DNA of 64,000 nt from an uncultured Nitrospirota bacterium (GCA_964515925.1 CAZEYP010000003.1:21628-85627), one strand, 5' to 3'. Shown: positions 38,190-48,024, counted from the first letter of the stretch. A program made the numbers and translations. Notes: generated by a model from the letters alone, not told the origin.

Positions 38190-38238
38190 ATTATATCAGA
38201 AAAGGGTTTTATTTACTTTTCTCTGGTCGGAGATTCAC

Positions 38239-38628
38239 CTATTCAATCTCAAAGTGAAGGCTTTTAAGTAAAAGTCCATCGCTGTCGGTTATATCCACTC
38301 GCCAGGGACCCTTCCATGAAGGAAGTATCCTTTTGCTGCTGTATGTCCTCCAGTCAGGTGACTTCACAGGCAGTTCAACCTGAGCCATAAATCTGTCTTT
38401 ATAAAACCAGAGGTGTTTAATCTTTGTAACATCCTTTGCCCCTGTAATTCTGGTAAAGCAATAGACTCTGCCAATATCAGAGCTGAATCGGTTTGCGGGG
38501 GCAATGGGTTTTAGTTCAACCACCCCCTTTGCAATATAGGCCTCTTTAACTTCTATAGAGAAACCGGTTGAGGCCGAAAGGATTGCCAGAAAAATGACAG
38601 TTAGAGAAAAAAACAACTTACCCTTCAT
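38239..38628 (-). CDS. DUF2914-like secreted protein
   Basis: Signal peptide plus RVYCFTRI...IKHLWFYKDR...WRTYSSK...GPWRVDI, the pattern of DUF2914. Confidence 0.55.
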   Translation of the reverse strand: MKGKLFFSLTVIFLAILSASTGFSIEVKEAYIAKGVVELKPIAPANRFSSDIGRVYCFTRITGAKDVTKIKHLWFYKDRFMAQVELPVKSPDWRTYSSKRILPSWKGPWRVDITDSDGLLLKSLHFEIE

Positions 38629-41252
38629 CCCTCCTTAAACACCTCCTCAATATTTTGAATTACCTCTTTAAACCTCCTGCCGTCTTTGGTGCCACCCTGA
38701 GCAAGCACATCTCTACCACCGCCCTTACCATTTGTCAGCTGGGCTATCCTTTTTATAATCTTACCTGCATTGAAGCGGTCTGTAGTGTCCTTTGTGATCA
38801 TACATACCATTGAAGCCTCACCATTGTTTATGGAACCGGCAATGATTACACCAGAGCCAAGACGGTCCTTTATCCTGTCTGCCAGAAGGCGAAGCTCCTT
38901 ATGGTTGAGACCATCTTTTAAGACCGTAACCACTCTGGTGCCGTCTATTTCTATAGCCTGCTCAATGGCCTCTCCTATTATATCTGATGCCCCTGAGGTC
39001 TTTAGTTTCTCAACCTCCATCTGAAGCTCTTTAACATCTCTGAGTAGTTTTTCTACTCTCTGAAGGGGGGAGTCGGTCCTTAGAATTTCCTTAATACGGT
39101 TAAGCTCCTCATCTCTTTTTCTGATATACTCTATTACTGCCTCGCCTGTTATTGCCTCTATTCTTCTGATGCCTGATGCAACACTTCCCTCTGTAAGGAT
39201 AATAAAGGAGCCTATCTCTCCTGTAGAGTTACAATGGGTACCACCGCATAGTTCTTTGCTGAACTCCCCTGCTGAGACAACTCTCACCATGTCGCCGTAT
39301 TTCTCATCAAAAAGTGCCATGGCACCAGAGTTTATTGCCTCCTCCACATCCATTATATCGGTTTTTACTTTCAGGTCTTCCATTATCCTTTGATTAACAA
39401 TGTCTTCAATCTCCTTAATCTCTTCTGACTTCAGGGAATCATAGTGGGTAAAGTCAAACCTTAACCTTTCTGGCTCAACCAGTGAGCCTGCCTGTTTTAC
39501 ATGCTCACCTAACACCATACGGAGGGCCTTATGTAGCAGATGGGTAGCTGTATGATTTCTCATGATTGCCCTTCTTCTGTCTTTATCTACGGTGGCGGTA
39601 ACAGGGTCGCCAGTTTTTACCTCTCCCCTTAAAACCTTTACACTGTGCACATGAATGCCCTGAATGGGTTTTACCGTGTCAGTGACCTCCATGTGTACAG
39701 CATCTGAGTGGATAATGCCCCTGTCGCCAACCTGGCCACCGGATTCAGCATAAAAAGGGGTTACATCAAGTATAAGCTCCCCTTCTTCTCCTTTGCAAAG
39801 TGCATCTACGGTCTTTCCGTCTTTAAGTATGGCCTTTACCGTTGCGCCAGTAGAGAGTGTTTCATAACCCACAAATTGAGTTTGACCTGTCTGCTCCAGT
39901 ATCTTTGAGTATATAAGATTTCCCCTCTGATCACCGGTTTCCCTTGATGCCCTTGCCCTGCTTCTTTGCTGTTCAAGTGCCTTTCTGAATCCATCTTCAT
40001 CAATCTTCAGGTCTTCGTCGTTGGCAATATCCCTTGCAAGGTCAAGGGGAAAGCCAAAGGTATCGTAAAGGCGGAACACCTCTTCACCCGGAATGGTATC
40101 AGAGCCTTTTAACTTTACTTCCCTCAGGATTTCATCAAATATCTGAAGTCCCTTCTCAACGGTCCTTATGAATCTTTCCTCCTCTATCCTGAGAAGTTTG
40201 GTTACCCGCTCCTTCTCGTCAATGATTTCCGGATAGACATCACCCATTGCCTCTGTAACTGCATCTACTATTTTGTGTAAGAAGGGCTCCTCTGAGCCAA
40301 GCAGTCTTGCATGGCGAGATGCCCTGCGGATGATTCTTCTTAAAACATAACCCCTTCCCTCATTAGAAGGCACAAGACCCTCGGAAAGCAGAAAAACAGA
40401 TGCCCTGATATGGTCTGCAATAACCCTGACAGATGCATCAGTACGGGTGTCCTTTTTATAGGTGATGCCTTTAAGTGAGGTTATTCGAGAGATAATTGGT
40501 GCAAAGAGGTCTGTATCAAAGTTATTGAGTTTACCCTGAAGTACGGCAGAGATCCTTTCAAGCCCCATTCCTGTATCAATGCTTGGTTTCGGAAGGGGGG
40601 TCAGGGTGCCCTGTTCATCACGGTTGTACTGCATGAAGACCAGGTTCCAGAGCTCAAGGTAACGGTCACAGTCACATTCTATGTTACAATCAGGCCTGCC
40701 GCAGCCTGCCTCCTCTCCCTGGTCAATAATAATCTCTGAGCAGGGGCCACAGGGACCTGTGTCTCCCATCTGCCAGAAATTGTCCTTTGCACCCAGTCTT
40801 ACTATGTGGGCGGGATTTACATCTGTTAACTCCTTCCATAGCTTTTCTGCTTCATCATCTTCCTCAAATACACTCACCCATAGTTTATCCTTGGGCAGCC
40901 TGAACCAGTCTGTAAGTAATTCCCATGCAAAGGCGATGGCATCCTGCTTGAAGTAGTCACCAAATGAAAAATTACCAAGCATCTCAAAGAATGTGTGATG
41001 TCTTGCGGTATGTCCTACATTTTCAAGGTCACTGTGTTTACCACCAGCCCGCATACACTTCTGACAGCTTGTGGCTCTACTGTACGAACGCCTTTCAAGC
41101 CCCAGAAAGACCCCTTTAAACTGAACCATGCCCGCGTTTGTGAAAAGAAGCGTGGGGTCGTCGTGGGGCAGAAGTGGTGAGCTCTTAACCACCTCGTGGC
41201 CCTTCTGTCTGAAAAACTCAAGAAACTGTCTCCGTATCTCTTTGCTTTCCAT
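38625..41252 (-). CDS. alaS: alanine--tRNA ligase
   Basis: 875 aa with FTNAGM, HHTFFEMLGNFSFGDYFK, editing-domain HTATHLLH...CGGTHC, and a DHHA1 tail GKGGGRD. Confidence 0.96.
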   Translation of the reverse strand: MESKEIRRQFLEFFRQKGHEVVKSSPLLPHDDPTLLFTNAGMVQFKGVFLGLERRSYSRATSCQKCMRAGGKHSDLENVGHTARHHTFFEMLGNFSFGDYFKQDAIAFAWELLTDWFRLPKDKLWVSVFEEDDEAEKLWKELTDVNPAHIVRLGAKDNFWQMGDTGPCGPCSEIIIDQGEEAGCGRPDCNIECDCDRYLELWNLVFMQYNRDEQGTLTPLPKPSIDTGMGLERISAVLQGKLNNFDTDLFAPIISRITSLKGITYKKDTRTDASVRVIADHIRASVFLLSEGLVPSNEGRGYVLRRIIRRASRHARLLGSEEPFLHKIVDAVTEAMGDVYPEIIDEKERVTKLLRIEEERFIRTVEKGLQIFDEILREVKLKGSDTIPGEEVFRLYDTFGFPLDLARDIANDEDLKIDEDGFRKALEQQRSRARASRETGDQRGNLIYSKILEQTGQTQFVGYETLSTGATVKAILKDGKTVDALCKGEEGELILDVTPFYAESGGQVGDRGIIHSDAVHMEVTDTVKPIQGIHVHSVKVLRGEVKTGDPVTATVDKDRRRAIMRNHTATHLLHKALRMVLGEHVKQAGSLVEPERLRFDFTHYDSLKSEEIKEIEDIVNQRIMEDLKVKTDIMDVEEAINSGAMALFDEKYGDMVRVVSAGEFSKELCGGTHCNSTGEIGSFIILTEGSVASGIRRIEAITGEAVIEYIRKRDEELNRIKEILRTDSPLQRVEKLLRDVKELQMEVEKLKTSGASDIIGEAIEQAIEIDGTRVVTVLKDGLNHKELRLLADRIKDRLGSGVIIAGSINNGEASMVCMITKDTTDRFNAGKIIKRIAQLTNGKGGGRDVLAQGGTKDGRRFKEVIQNIEEVFKEG

Positions 41253-41282
41253 ATCGACCTCAATGATGAATTGTTAATTTGT

Positions 41283-41337
41283 GTATTGGTTATTGGTGTA
41301 TTAGTTACTACACCCTACACGCTACCCCTTACCCCCT
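41283..41337. repeat. heptamer arrays (GTATTGG-type followed by TACACCC-type)
   Basis: Reads gtattgg ttattgg tgtatta gttac tacaccc tacacgc tacccct taccccc. Confidence 0.85.
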
Positions 41338-41342
41338 AATAT

Positions 41343-41693
41343 TTATTTGGCTATTCCAGGCTCTGTGCTTATTATCTCTGTTAATACACCATCGGTGAAT
41401 CTCAGATAGGTCTTAAAGGCACCGAGCATACGGCTGTAGGTCCATTGAACACGCTCTTTTCCTTCAGAGGTTGAGGGAAGTGCCCTTATTTCACTTGGTG
41501 CTCCCCAGGCATAGCGAACCTGTTGCATGGTCATGCCGGTTACTACTTCGCCTTTTTTGATATGCTCCTGAATCTGCGGAGGAAAGGTGGAGATCTCCTC
41601 GTTTGTGTACCTCATTTCCTTGGTACATGAGATTACCGATAGCATTGAAAGTGCTATAAATAGTATTATCACCGTCCTTTTCATACGATCCAC
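41343..41693 (-). CDS. BamE/SmpA-OmlA-like lipoprotein
   Basis: Lipobox LSVISC and a GMTMQQVRYAWGAP motif. Confidence 0.5.
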   Translation of the reverse strand: MDRMKRTVIILFIALSMLSVISCTKEMRYTNEEISTFPPQIQEHIKKGEVVTGMTMQQVRYAWGAPSEIRALPSTSEGKERVQWTYSRMLGAFKTYLRFTDGVLTEIISTEPGIAK

Positions 41694-41763
41694 CTCCTTA
41701 TTTTATGGGTGTTCAAAAGCTTGCAATTTAGGGATTTATTAAACAGGCTCTCATAGTTAGATA

Positions 41764-42246
41764 TTATAGCAGATGCAATCTTTTTAAAACCTCATGAATA
41801 GTACTATAGTGATACCCCCTCCTGAGCAGGTAGCCATGAAGTCTCCTCTGTAGTATATGTGATGGTTTTTCTTTATTGTTATCATAATATCTTCTGGCAA
41901 CCTCTAATGCAGCCTCTACATCTTCCTGCAGGTCTGAAGTGAGTTCCTCTATAATATGGTTTTCTATACCCCGTTTCCTTAGAAATTCTCTCACCCCTCT
42001 TGACCCATATCCTTTAACTGCCTGGCTGTAATAGACAAGCTCTCTTGCAAGTGCCCTGTCGTCTAAAAGACCTCTTTCTATGAGATAGTTAATAGTATCT
42101 TCGGTTTGTTTTTCACTGAACCCCTTCTTTTTCAGCCTGAACCTCAGTTCTCTGATGCTTCTCCCCCTTATACTCAGGAGCTTCAGAGCATACTGCAGGG
42201 GGTCATTTCTGGAACCGCTCGATGGGGATGTCATCAGAGCCACCAC
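41764..42246 (-). CDS. recX: recombination regulator RecX
   Basis: Three-repeat helical pattern (ALKLLSIRGRSIRELRFRLKKKGF...YLIERGLLDD...). Located in the recA neighbourhood. Confidence 0.8.
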   Translation of the reverse strand: MVALMTSPSSGSRNDPLQYALKLLSIRGRSIRELRFRLKKKGFSEKQTEDTINYLIERGLLDDRALARELVYYSQAVKGYGSRGVREFLRKRGIENHIIEELTSDLQEDVEAALEVARRYYDNNKEKPSHILQRRLHGYLLRRGYHYSTIHEVLKRLHLL

Positions 42247-43351
42247 TCATTTCATTCTGCTCAAAAGTAAGGTCAGAGGTTGACTGGATTCCTTTAACCT
42301 TAAGGGCGAAATCATCAGGATTGGTTGCCCTCCTTAACGCCTCTTCATAGGTAATTAACCCTGATTTATACAGGTCGTATAATGACTGGTCAAAGGTTTG
42401 CATACCGTAATGGAGTTTGCTTTTTGCAATAATATCAGGAATGAGTTTAGTCTTGTCAGGGTCAATGATGCAGTCTCTAATGGTTTCTGTAGCCACCAGC
42501 ACCTCTACTGCTGGAACACGACCCTGTCCATCAGCCCTTGGGACCAGTCTCATGGAGATGATACCTTTGAGTATGGATGCAAGCTGGATTCGAACCTGTT
42601 TGTGCTGATAGGGTGGAAAGACGGTGATTATTCGGTTGATGGTCTCAGTGGCATCGGTGGTATGGAGGGTGCTTAGCACCAGATGGCCTGTTTCTGCAGC
42701 AGTAAGTGCTGTTTGAATAGTCTCAAAGTCCCTCATCTCACCAACCAGTATGACATCGGGGTCCTGCCTGAGTGCTGCTCTCAGCGCCTTTGAGAAACTC
42801 TCTGTATCAGAACCGACCTCACGCTGGTTAATGATGCTCTTTTTGTCTCTGTGAAGATACTCGATAGGGTCTTCAATGGTGATGATATTGTATGTACGGT
42901 TTGCATTGATATGGTCTATCATGGCAGCCAGGGTGGTTGACTTACCACTTCCTGTTGTTCCAGTAACAAGTATTAGTCCTCTTGGTTCCAGTGCTATCTT
43001 TTTCAATACCTCTGGTAGATTCAGTTCATCAATTGCAGGCACCTTCATCGGGATTACCCTTAAAACCAGACCAACCGTGCCCCTTTGAACAAAGATATTA
43101 CATCGAAACCTTCCAAGCCCTGTTACACTGTATGCAAGGTCAATGTCCTGCTTCCTCTTGAATATTTCACGCTGTGACTGGTTCATGATCTGGAAGGCCA
43201 TCTTGAGGGACTGCTCACCTGTCACACGGCCCTCTTCTGACATTGGCACCAGCTCACCATGAATTCGCATTATAGGTGGTGAGCCAACCTTGATGTGCAG
43301 GTCTGAGGCTTCCCTGCTGTAAGCCTTTTTCAGGAGTTCATTTATCTCCAT
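42203..43351 (-). CDS. pilT: type IV pilus retraction ATPase PilT
   Basis: [12 protein letters not shown], Walker [10 protein letters not shown], and the PilT signature [14 protein letters not shown]. Confidence 0.9.
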   Translation of the reverse strand: MEINELLKKAYSREASDLHIKVGSPPIMRIHGELVPMSEEGRVTGEQSLKMAFQIMNQSQREIFKRKQDIDLAYSVTGLGRFRCNIFVQRGTVGLVLRVIPMKVPAIDELNLPEVLKKIALEPRGLILVTGTTGSGKSTTLAAMIDHINANRTYNIITIEDPIEYLHRDKKSIINQREVGSDTESFSKALRAALRQDPDVILVGEMRDFETIQTALTAAETGHLVLSTLHTTDATETINRIITVFPPYQHKQVRIQLASILKGIISMRLVPRADGQGRVPAVEVLVATETIRDCIIDPDKTKLIPDIIAKSKLHYGMQTFDQSLYDLYKSGLITYEEALRRATNPDDFALKVKGIQSTSDLTFEQNEMSGGSDDIPIERFQK

Positions 43352-44348
43352 CTTGCCTCCTCAGATTGTACTTTTCAAGTATCCTGTTTTCGATTTCCTC
43401 TGCCATCTCAGGATGTTCGCGGAGGTATTGTTTTGCATTTTCTCTGCCCTGACCAATACGGGTTCCACCATAACTATACCAGGCACCGGATTTTTCTATT
43501 ATATTTGAGGAAACCCCAAGGTCTATAAGTTCACCCTCTCTGGATATTCCCTGATTAAAATAGATATCAAATTCTGCCTGTCTGAAAGGTGGGGCTACCT
43601 TGTTTTTTACAATCTTTACCCTTACTCTGCCTCCAATCATCTCCTGACCACTCTTTATGTTATCAATCTTTCGGATGTCAAGACGCATTGAAGAGTAAAA
43701 CTTAAGTGCTGTTCCGCCAGTTGTGGTCTCTGGATTTCCAAACATAACCCCTATCTTCATCCTTATCTGGTTTATGAAGATAACCGTTGTCTGCGACCTT
43801 GATATGGCTGCGGTGAGCTTACGAAGGGCCTGACTCATCAGACGGGCATGGAGCCCTGGCAGACTGTCACCCATATCACCCTCAATTTCGGCCTTTGGAA
43901 CCAGTGCTGCCACTGAGTCTATCACCACTATGTCAACTGCCCCGCTTCTTACCAGTGACTCGGTTATCTCAAGTGCCTGCTCACCGGTGTCAGGCTGAGA
44001 CACAAGAAGGTCCTCTATGTTAACGCCGAGCCGGGAGGCATAGTTGATATCAAGGGCATGCTCAGCATCTATAAATGCTGCTATGCCACCTGCCTTCTGA
44101 GCCTGAGCTATGGCGCTCAGGGCAAGGGTGGTCTTTCCAGAGGATTCAGGCCCGTAGATCTCTATTACCCTGCCACGTGGGAATCCACCCACGCCTGTGG
44201 CAATATCCAGTGTGAGTGAGCCGGTGGAGATGGCCTGTATGCCTTCAAAGCCTCCCCTGTCACCAAGGCGCATGATAGTGCCCTTGCCAAAGTTGCGTTC
44301 AATCTGCGTGATAGCCATTTCAAGGGCCTTGAGTTTGTCTTTATTCAT
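43338..44348 (-). CDS. recA: recombinase RecA
   Basis: [21 protein letters not shown] and the canonical L1/L2 loops. Confidence 0.97.
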   Translation of the reverse strand: MNKDKLKALEMAITQIERNFGKGTIMRLGDRGGFEGIQAISTGSLTLDIATGVGGFPRGRVIEIYGPESSGKTTLALSAIAQAQKAGGIAAFIDAEHALDINYASRLGVNIEDLLVSQPDTGEQALEITESLVRSGAVDIVVIDSVAALVPKAEIEGDMGDSLPGLHARLMSQALRKLTAAISRSQTTVIFINQIRMKIGVMFGNPETTTGGTALKFYSSMRLDIRKIDNIKSGQEMIGGRVRVKIVKNKVAPPFRQAEFDIYFNQGISREGELIDLGVSSNIIEKSGAWYSYGGTRIGQGRENAKQYLREHPEMAEEIENRILEKYNLRRQDGDK

Positions 44349-44911
44349 AAATCCTCCTTCCTTAAAGGGGCACTGTAGAGTATCTCATACTCTGCCCCTG
44401 CTGGTTTTAGTGTGCTTTTTACAAGCAGGAGTTTATCAACTGTTATTTTACCAAACTCTCTGTCCATATATCCTCTTAAATCTTTCAGTAACGGATTCAG
44501 GCCAACAGGTGATTTTACCCTTCCAATGGTTAGATGTGGATGAAAATCCCTGTCTTCAGGTTCGAAACCAAGGGGTTTTAATTCATTGTTTATATCGTTA
44601 TGTATTTTTTCAAGACCACTGTCTTTGTTTATTCCCACCCATAGAACCCTTGGACGGGCGAAATTGGGGAAAACGCCTGTGCCTCTTGCATGAAGTACAA
44701 AGAAACTGTGTCTTGAGGCCACAAGGGATATTGCCTTTTCAATATTTATTACTATATCACTGCTGACTTCGCCAAGAAATTTTATTGTGATATGGATGTT
44801 TTCGGGTTTTACCCACTTGATGTTTGTATCATGGGTGCGGAGTTTATCTATCAGAGAGGCTATATCTCTTTTTACCTCCTCTCCGATATCAATGGCTATG
44901 AAGAGTCTCAA
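44345..44911 (-). CDS. thpR: RNA 2',3'-cyclic phosphodiesterase (2H family, ThpR/LigT)
   Basis: Two HxT/S motifs, HITIKFLG and HLTIGR. Confidence 0.85.
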   Translation of the reverse strand: MRLFIAIDIGEEVKRDIASLIDKLRTHDTNIKWVKPENIHITIKFLGEVSSDIVINIEKAISLVASRHSFFVLHARGTGVFPNFARPRVLWVGINKDSGLEKIHNDINNELKPLGFEPEDRDFHPHLTIGRVKSPVGLNPLLKDLRGYMDREFGKITVDKLLLVKSTLKPAGAEYEILYSAPLRKEDL

Positions 44912-45396
44912 ATGAGCATCTCCTCCAGTTTTTCTATAAGAAAATCAACGGCTTTTATGGTTGCTTCCGTTTTATTTTCCCGTCTCTGACCATTAAGTCT
45001 TAGCATTTTTACATGACTACCATCAGGCATAGAAAGTCCAATAAATATAAGCCCCACCTCTTTTCCCTCAAGGGCTTCTGGCCCAAGATTTCCAGTGGTT
45101 GAAAGACCTATATCTGTGCTTAAGAGCCTGCTTACACCTTTTGCCATCTCAAGGGCAGTCTCGGGACTAACAACACCGTGGCTTTTAATGGTCTCTTTGC
45201 CTACCCCAAGTACTCTGACCTTTACATCTTTATGATAGGCTACCACAGAGCCAATGAAAAATCTGCTTGCCCCTCCAACCTCGGTTATCATATCAGCCAC
45301 CTTCCCTCCTGTGCAACTTTCTGCTGTGGAAAGTGTAAAACCCCTCTGCATTAATAACTGGTGCAGTATCCTTATCCTCTCTATAACCTCATCCAC
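44908..45396 (-). CDS. pncC: CinA C-terminal domain / nicotinamide-nucleotide amidohydrolase
   Basis: STAESCTGG motif; 162 aa; sits upstream of thpR-recA. Confidence 0.85.
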   Translation of the reverse strand: MDEVIERIRILHQLLMQRGFTLSTAESCTGGKVADMITEVGGASRFFIGSVVAYHKDVKVRVLGVGKETIKSHGVVSPETALEMAKGVSRLLSTDIGLSTTGNLGPEALEGKEVGLIFIGLSMPDGSHVKMLRLNGQRRENKTEATIKAVDFLIEKLEEMLI

Positions 45397-45428
45397 CTTC
45401 GTCCCTCAAAACCAGATCTACCAATACA

Positions 45429-45884
45429 CTATCTCATTAAATTATACACTATATGAACCACAATATTAGCATAGACTGCTGCGAGGACATCATCCAGCAT
45501 CACCGAAAGCCCACCTGAAAAGGCGCCTTCAATTTGTCTGATGGGAAAGGGTTTAAGTATATCAAAGAACCTGAAGGCAAAAAACCCCAGAGTAATGCTG
45601 AGCGGTGTTTTCTCAATAAAAACAAGACAAAGGGGTAGGGCAACAAACTCATCTATGATAATCTTTGAGCTATCCTTTTGCCCGAAAAAAACTTCTGCGG
45701 TATTAGCGGCATAAACTCCTGCAATAAAAAGTATAGAGCAGGAGAAAATAATAACAAAATCAGAGGGTTTTATAAACAATAGCAGTAGAGCCGAAACTGC
45801 TGAACCCATAGTGCCAGGGGCAAAGGGTATGTGCCCAACTGGGCCCAGGGTGGCAATGCTGGATAAGAATTTTTCTTTATTCAC
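45429..45884 (-). CDS. pgpA: phosphatidylglycerophosphatase A
   Basis: LGPVGHIPFAPGTMGS...DEF...DILKPFP...DDVLAAVYA. Confidence 0.85.
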   Translation of the reverse strand: MNKEKFLSSIATLGPVGHIPFAPGTMGSAVSALLLLFIKPSDFVIIFSCSILFIAGVYAANTAEVFFGQKDSSKIIIDEFVALPLCLVFIEKTPLSITLGFFAFRFFDILKPFPIRQIEGAFSGGLSVMLDDVLAAVYANIVVHIVYNLMR

Positions 45885-45909
45885 AATTAGTTAGTAAAAT
45901 AATTGATTG

Positions 45910-45984
45910 TGGCTGGGGCGGGAGGACTCGAACCTCCAAATGGGAGAGCCAAAATCTCCTGCCTTGCCGTTTGGCTACGCCCCA
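45910..45984 (-). tRNA. tRNA-Gln (anticodon UUG), CCA encoded
   Basis: Hand-folded cloverleaf: acceptor UGGGGCG/CGCCCCA, a 3-bp D stem, anticodon arm GGAGA-UUUUGGC-UCUCC, and T arm GGAGG-UUCGAGU-CCUCC. Confidence 0.88.
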
Positions 45985-45990
45985 GTGTGT

Positions 45991-46019
45991 ATAATAAATT
46001 TTCTGATAAATGGTGTCTA
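45991..46019 (-). promoter_or_regulatory. promoter of tRNA-Gln (TAGACA-N17-TATTAT), -10 ends 6 nt before tRNA nucleotide 1
   Basis: On the minus strand, TAGACA lies at 46019-46014 and TATTAT at 45996-45991. Confidence 0.5.
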
Positions 46020-46055
46020 TAAGTCAAGGTGAAAAAATTTTTTATAATTAAATAC

Positions 46056-46084
46056 TTGACAATACCATGTCTAATAAATATAAT
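46056..46084 (+). promoter_or_regulatory. perfect consensus sigma70 promoter (TTGACA-N17-TATAAT) of ihfA; -10 ends 6 nt before the ATG
   Basis: TTGACA at 46056-46061 and TATAAT at 46079-46084, with ATG at 46091 and no SD in between. Confidence 0.65.
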
Positions 46085-46090
46085 TAATTT

Positions 46091-46372
46091 ATGACTCGGG
46101 CAGATCTTGTAAAGGCAATCTTCGACAAGGTAGGGCTTCCCAAAAAGGAAGCTCAGGACATCATTGAGCTCATCCTTGAGACCATAAAGAAGACCCTTGC
46201 CGAGGGTGAAAATGTAAAAATTACAGGTTTTGGCACCTTTCATGTGAGAAAGAAGACGGCCCGCCGTGGCAGAAATCCCCAGACCGGTGAGGAACTTGAA
46301 ATCACTCCGAGGAGGGTGGTTACATTTAAACCAAGCAATATTCTCAAGGAACGGGTAGAAAAGGTTAAATGA
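46091..46372 (+). CDS. ihfA: integration host factor alpha-like DNA-bending protein (HU/IHF family)
   Basis: GFGTFHVRKKTARRGRNPQTGEELEITPRRVVTFKPSNILKERVE closely follows the IHF-alpha pattern. Confidence 0.85.
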   Translation: MTRADLVKAIFDKVGLPKKEAQDIIELILETIKKTLAEGENVKITGFGTFHVRKKTARRGRNPQTGEELEITPRRVVTFKPSNILKERVEKVK

Positions 46373-46755
46373 TCAGGGCGAAGCAAAAAAAACAGAACTC
46401 ACCAGAGGTAAAAATACCTGAAAAACTCTTTTACAAGATAGGAGAGGTAGGTCGCATCACGGGTGTGGAGCCCTATGTACTCAGGTACTGGGAAAGTGAA
46501 TTTCCCTTCCTTAAGCCAAGAAAAAGCAGATCAGGACAGAGGCTTTATGTAAAAAAGGACATAGAAACCATTTTAGAGATAAAAAGGCTTCTTTATGAAG
46601 AGCGATACACAATAGAGGGTGTAAAGAAGTGTTTTGCCGAGCCTGCACTCAGGATTGTCCCAAATGAAGAGATAGAAAACCCTGAGAACGACTCTCTCAA
46701 GGAAAGGCTTGAGCATATAAAGACCCGTCTTAGAGAGATTATTAATCAACTCTGA
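46369..46755 (+). CDS. MerR family transcriptional regulator
   Basis: HTH motif YKIGEVGRITGVEPYVLRYWESEF. ATGA overlap with ihfA. Confidence 0.75.
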   Translation: MIRAKQKKQNSPEVKIPEKLFYKIGEVGRITGVEPYVLRYWESEFPFLKPRKSRSGQRLYVKKDIETILEIKRLLYEERYTIEGVKKCFAEPALRIVPNEEIENPENDSLKERLEHIKTRLREIINQL

Positions 46756-46770
46756 TAATTTTTCCCAGTT

Positions 46771-46848
46771 CGGGGCGTGGCGCAGTCTGGTTAGCGCACT
46801 CGCTTGGGGTGCGAGAGGTCGGCCGTTCGAATCGGCTCGCCCCGACCA
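46771..46848 (+). tRNA. tRNA-Pro (anticodon GGG), CCA encoded
   Basis: Acceptor CGGGGCG/CGCCCCG, anticodon arm CUCGC-UUGGGGU-GCGAG, and T arm GGCCG-UUCGAAU-CGGCU. Confidence 0.9.
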
Positions 46849-47015
46849 TAATACCTTGATTTTTAAAGATTTTCACACAATATCCCCTGTCATATGCCCT
46901 TTTTGGGGCATTGAGGGCTGTATATTTTGTAGAAATAAAAAGAAATAAAAATTTACATAGCTTTTTTAAAAGCATTAAACTAAACATAAAAGGACTTCTG
47001 AAAGGGGAATTTTTT

Positions 47016-47978
47016 ATGAAACAAAGCGACATTAAAGAGGAATTTCAGGCGATAAGGCAGCTCTGGACTGGTTTTATGCCTGCAAGGGTGCTATTGACTG
47101 CCAACAACCTGGAGGTTTTTGAACACCTTAAGTCATGGAGGAGCCTTACGGAGGTTGCCTCAACACTGAAGACAGACAAAAGGGGCACTGAGTTGCTGCT
47201 TAATGCACTGGTCTCACTTGGACTTTTGCAGAAACGGGCCAACAAATATAAAAACACCCCTTTAGCAAGGAAATATCTCACCAGAGAAAGTCCCTACTAT
47301 CAGGGTAACATTATAAAACACGCTGATTCACTGTGGAGGAGCTGGTCTGAGCTTGATATTGCAGTCCGTACGGGAAGACCCACTGCCAGTGACAGAGACT
47401 TTGAGTCATTCATCTTAGGGATGCATGATATTGCAAAGATAAGGTGTAAGGAGGTTGTTGATAATCTGCCCCTTAAGGGAGTGGCCAGGGCACTTGACCT
47501 TGGAGGTGGCCCTGGAACCTATTCAATGGAGCTTGCAAAAAGGGGTATAAGTGTTACCCTTATTGACAGGGCTGAGACTCTGAAGATAGCAAATGGGCTT
47601 ATAAATGAAAGTGGTATTGAGGGCATTGAGTTCATGGTAGGGGATTTCATGAATGACCCGATTGGCAGGGGCTATGACCTTGTGTTTGTAAGCCAGATAC
47701 TACATGCCTACTCAGAAAAGGACAGCCTCCTCATTCTTAAAAAGGTAAAGAAGGCCCTTAATAAGGGTGGTAAGGTGGTGGTGCAGGAGTTTTTTGTGAA
47801 CCCGGCTCATACCTCTCCTCTGTGGGGAGCCATTTTTGCAATAAACATGCTGGTAAATACAACAGGTGGAATGACCTATAGCCCCACAGAGATAAAAGGC
47901 TGGCTTAAAAAGGCGGGTTTTAAGTCTGCTACATCAAAACGAATAAACGAGACTGTGCTTATAATTGGCAGGCTCTAA
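47016..47978 (+). CDS. O-methyltransferase (winged-helix dimerisation domain + class I SAM methyltransferase, COMT/CrtF-like)
   Basis: ALDLGGGPGTYSMELA is motif I; YDLVFVSQILHAY and GGKVVVQEF also present. ATG 47016 has AAAGGGGA upstream; the track start 46911 is rejected. Confidence 0.75.
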   Translation: MKQSDIKEEFQAIRQLWTGFMPARVLLTANNLEVFEHLKSWRSLTEVASTLKTDKRGTELLLNALVSLGLLQKRANKYKNTPLARKYLTRESPYYQGNIIKHADSLWRSWSELDIAVRTGRPTASDRDFESFILGMHDIAKIRCKEVVDNLPLKGVARALDLGGGPGTYSMELAKRGISVTLIDRAETLKIANGLINESGIEGIEFMVGDFMNDPIGRGYDLVFVSQILHAYSEKDSLLILKKVKKALNKGGKVVVQEFFVNPAHTSPLWGAIFAINMLVNTTGGMTYSPTEIKGWLKKAGFKSATSKRINETVLIIGRL

Positions 47979-48024
47979 CCTGTAAAAAAACATTCAATCA
48001 TGCCTCTTTGTTATAATATCTTTC

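Noticed and set aside
44197-44766. Long antisense ORFs. Examples are 44197..44766 opposite recA/thpR, 58760..59341 and 59850..60185 opposite clpA, 61016..61519 and 61622..62032 opposite clpC, 48232..48627 opposite the GT2 gene, and 588..986 opposite murI.
   Set aside because: Each lies entirely antisense to a confidently identified, full-length conserved gene. Their low-complexity or Cys/Leu/Ser-rich translations are typical of shadow ORFs.
45887-46243. 118-aa minus-strand ORF.
   Set aside because: It overlaps tRNA-Gln, both divergent promoters and the 5' end of ihfA. It has no recognisable domain and is AT-rich intergenic read-through.
45885-47015. An integrative or mobile element at tRNA-Gln or tRNA-Pro.
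   Set aside because: There is no integrase, no direct repeat of a tRNA 3' end and no phage or plasmid genes. The flanking genes (pgpA, ihfA, merR-like, methyltransferase) look chromosomal.
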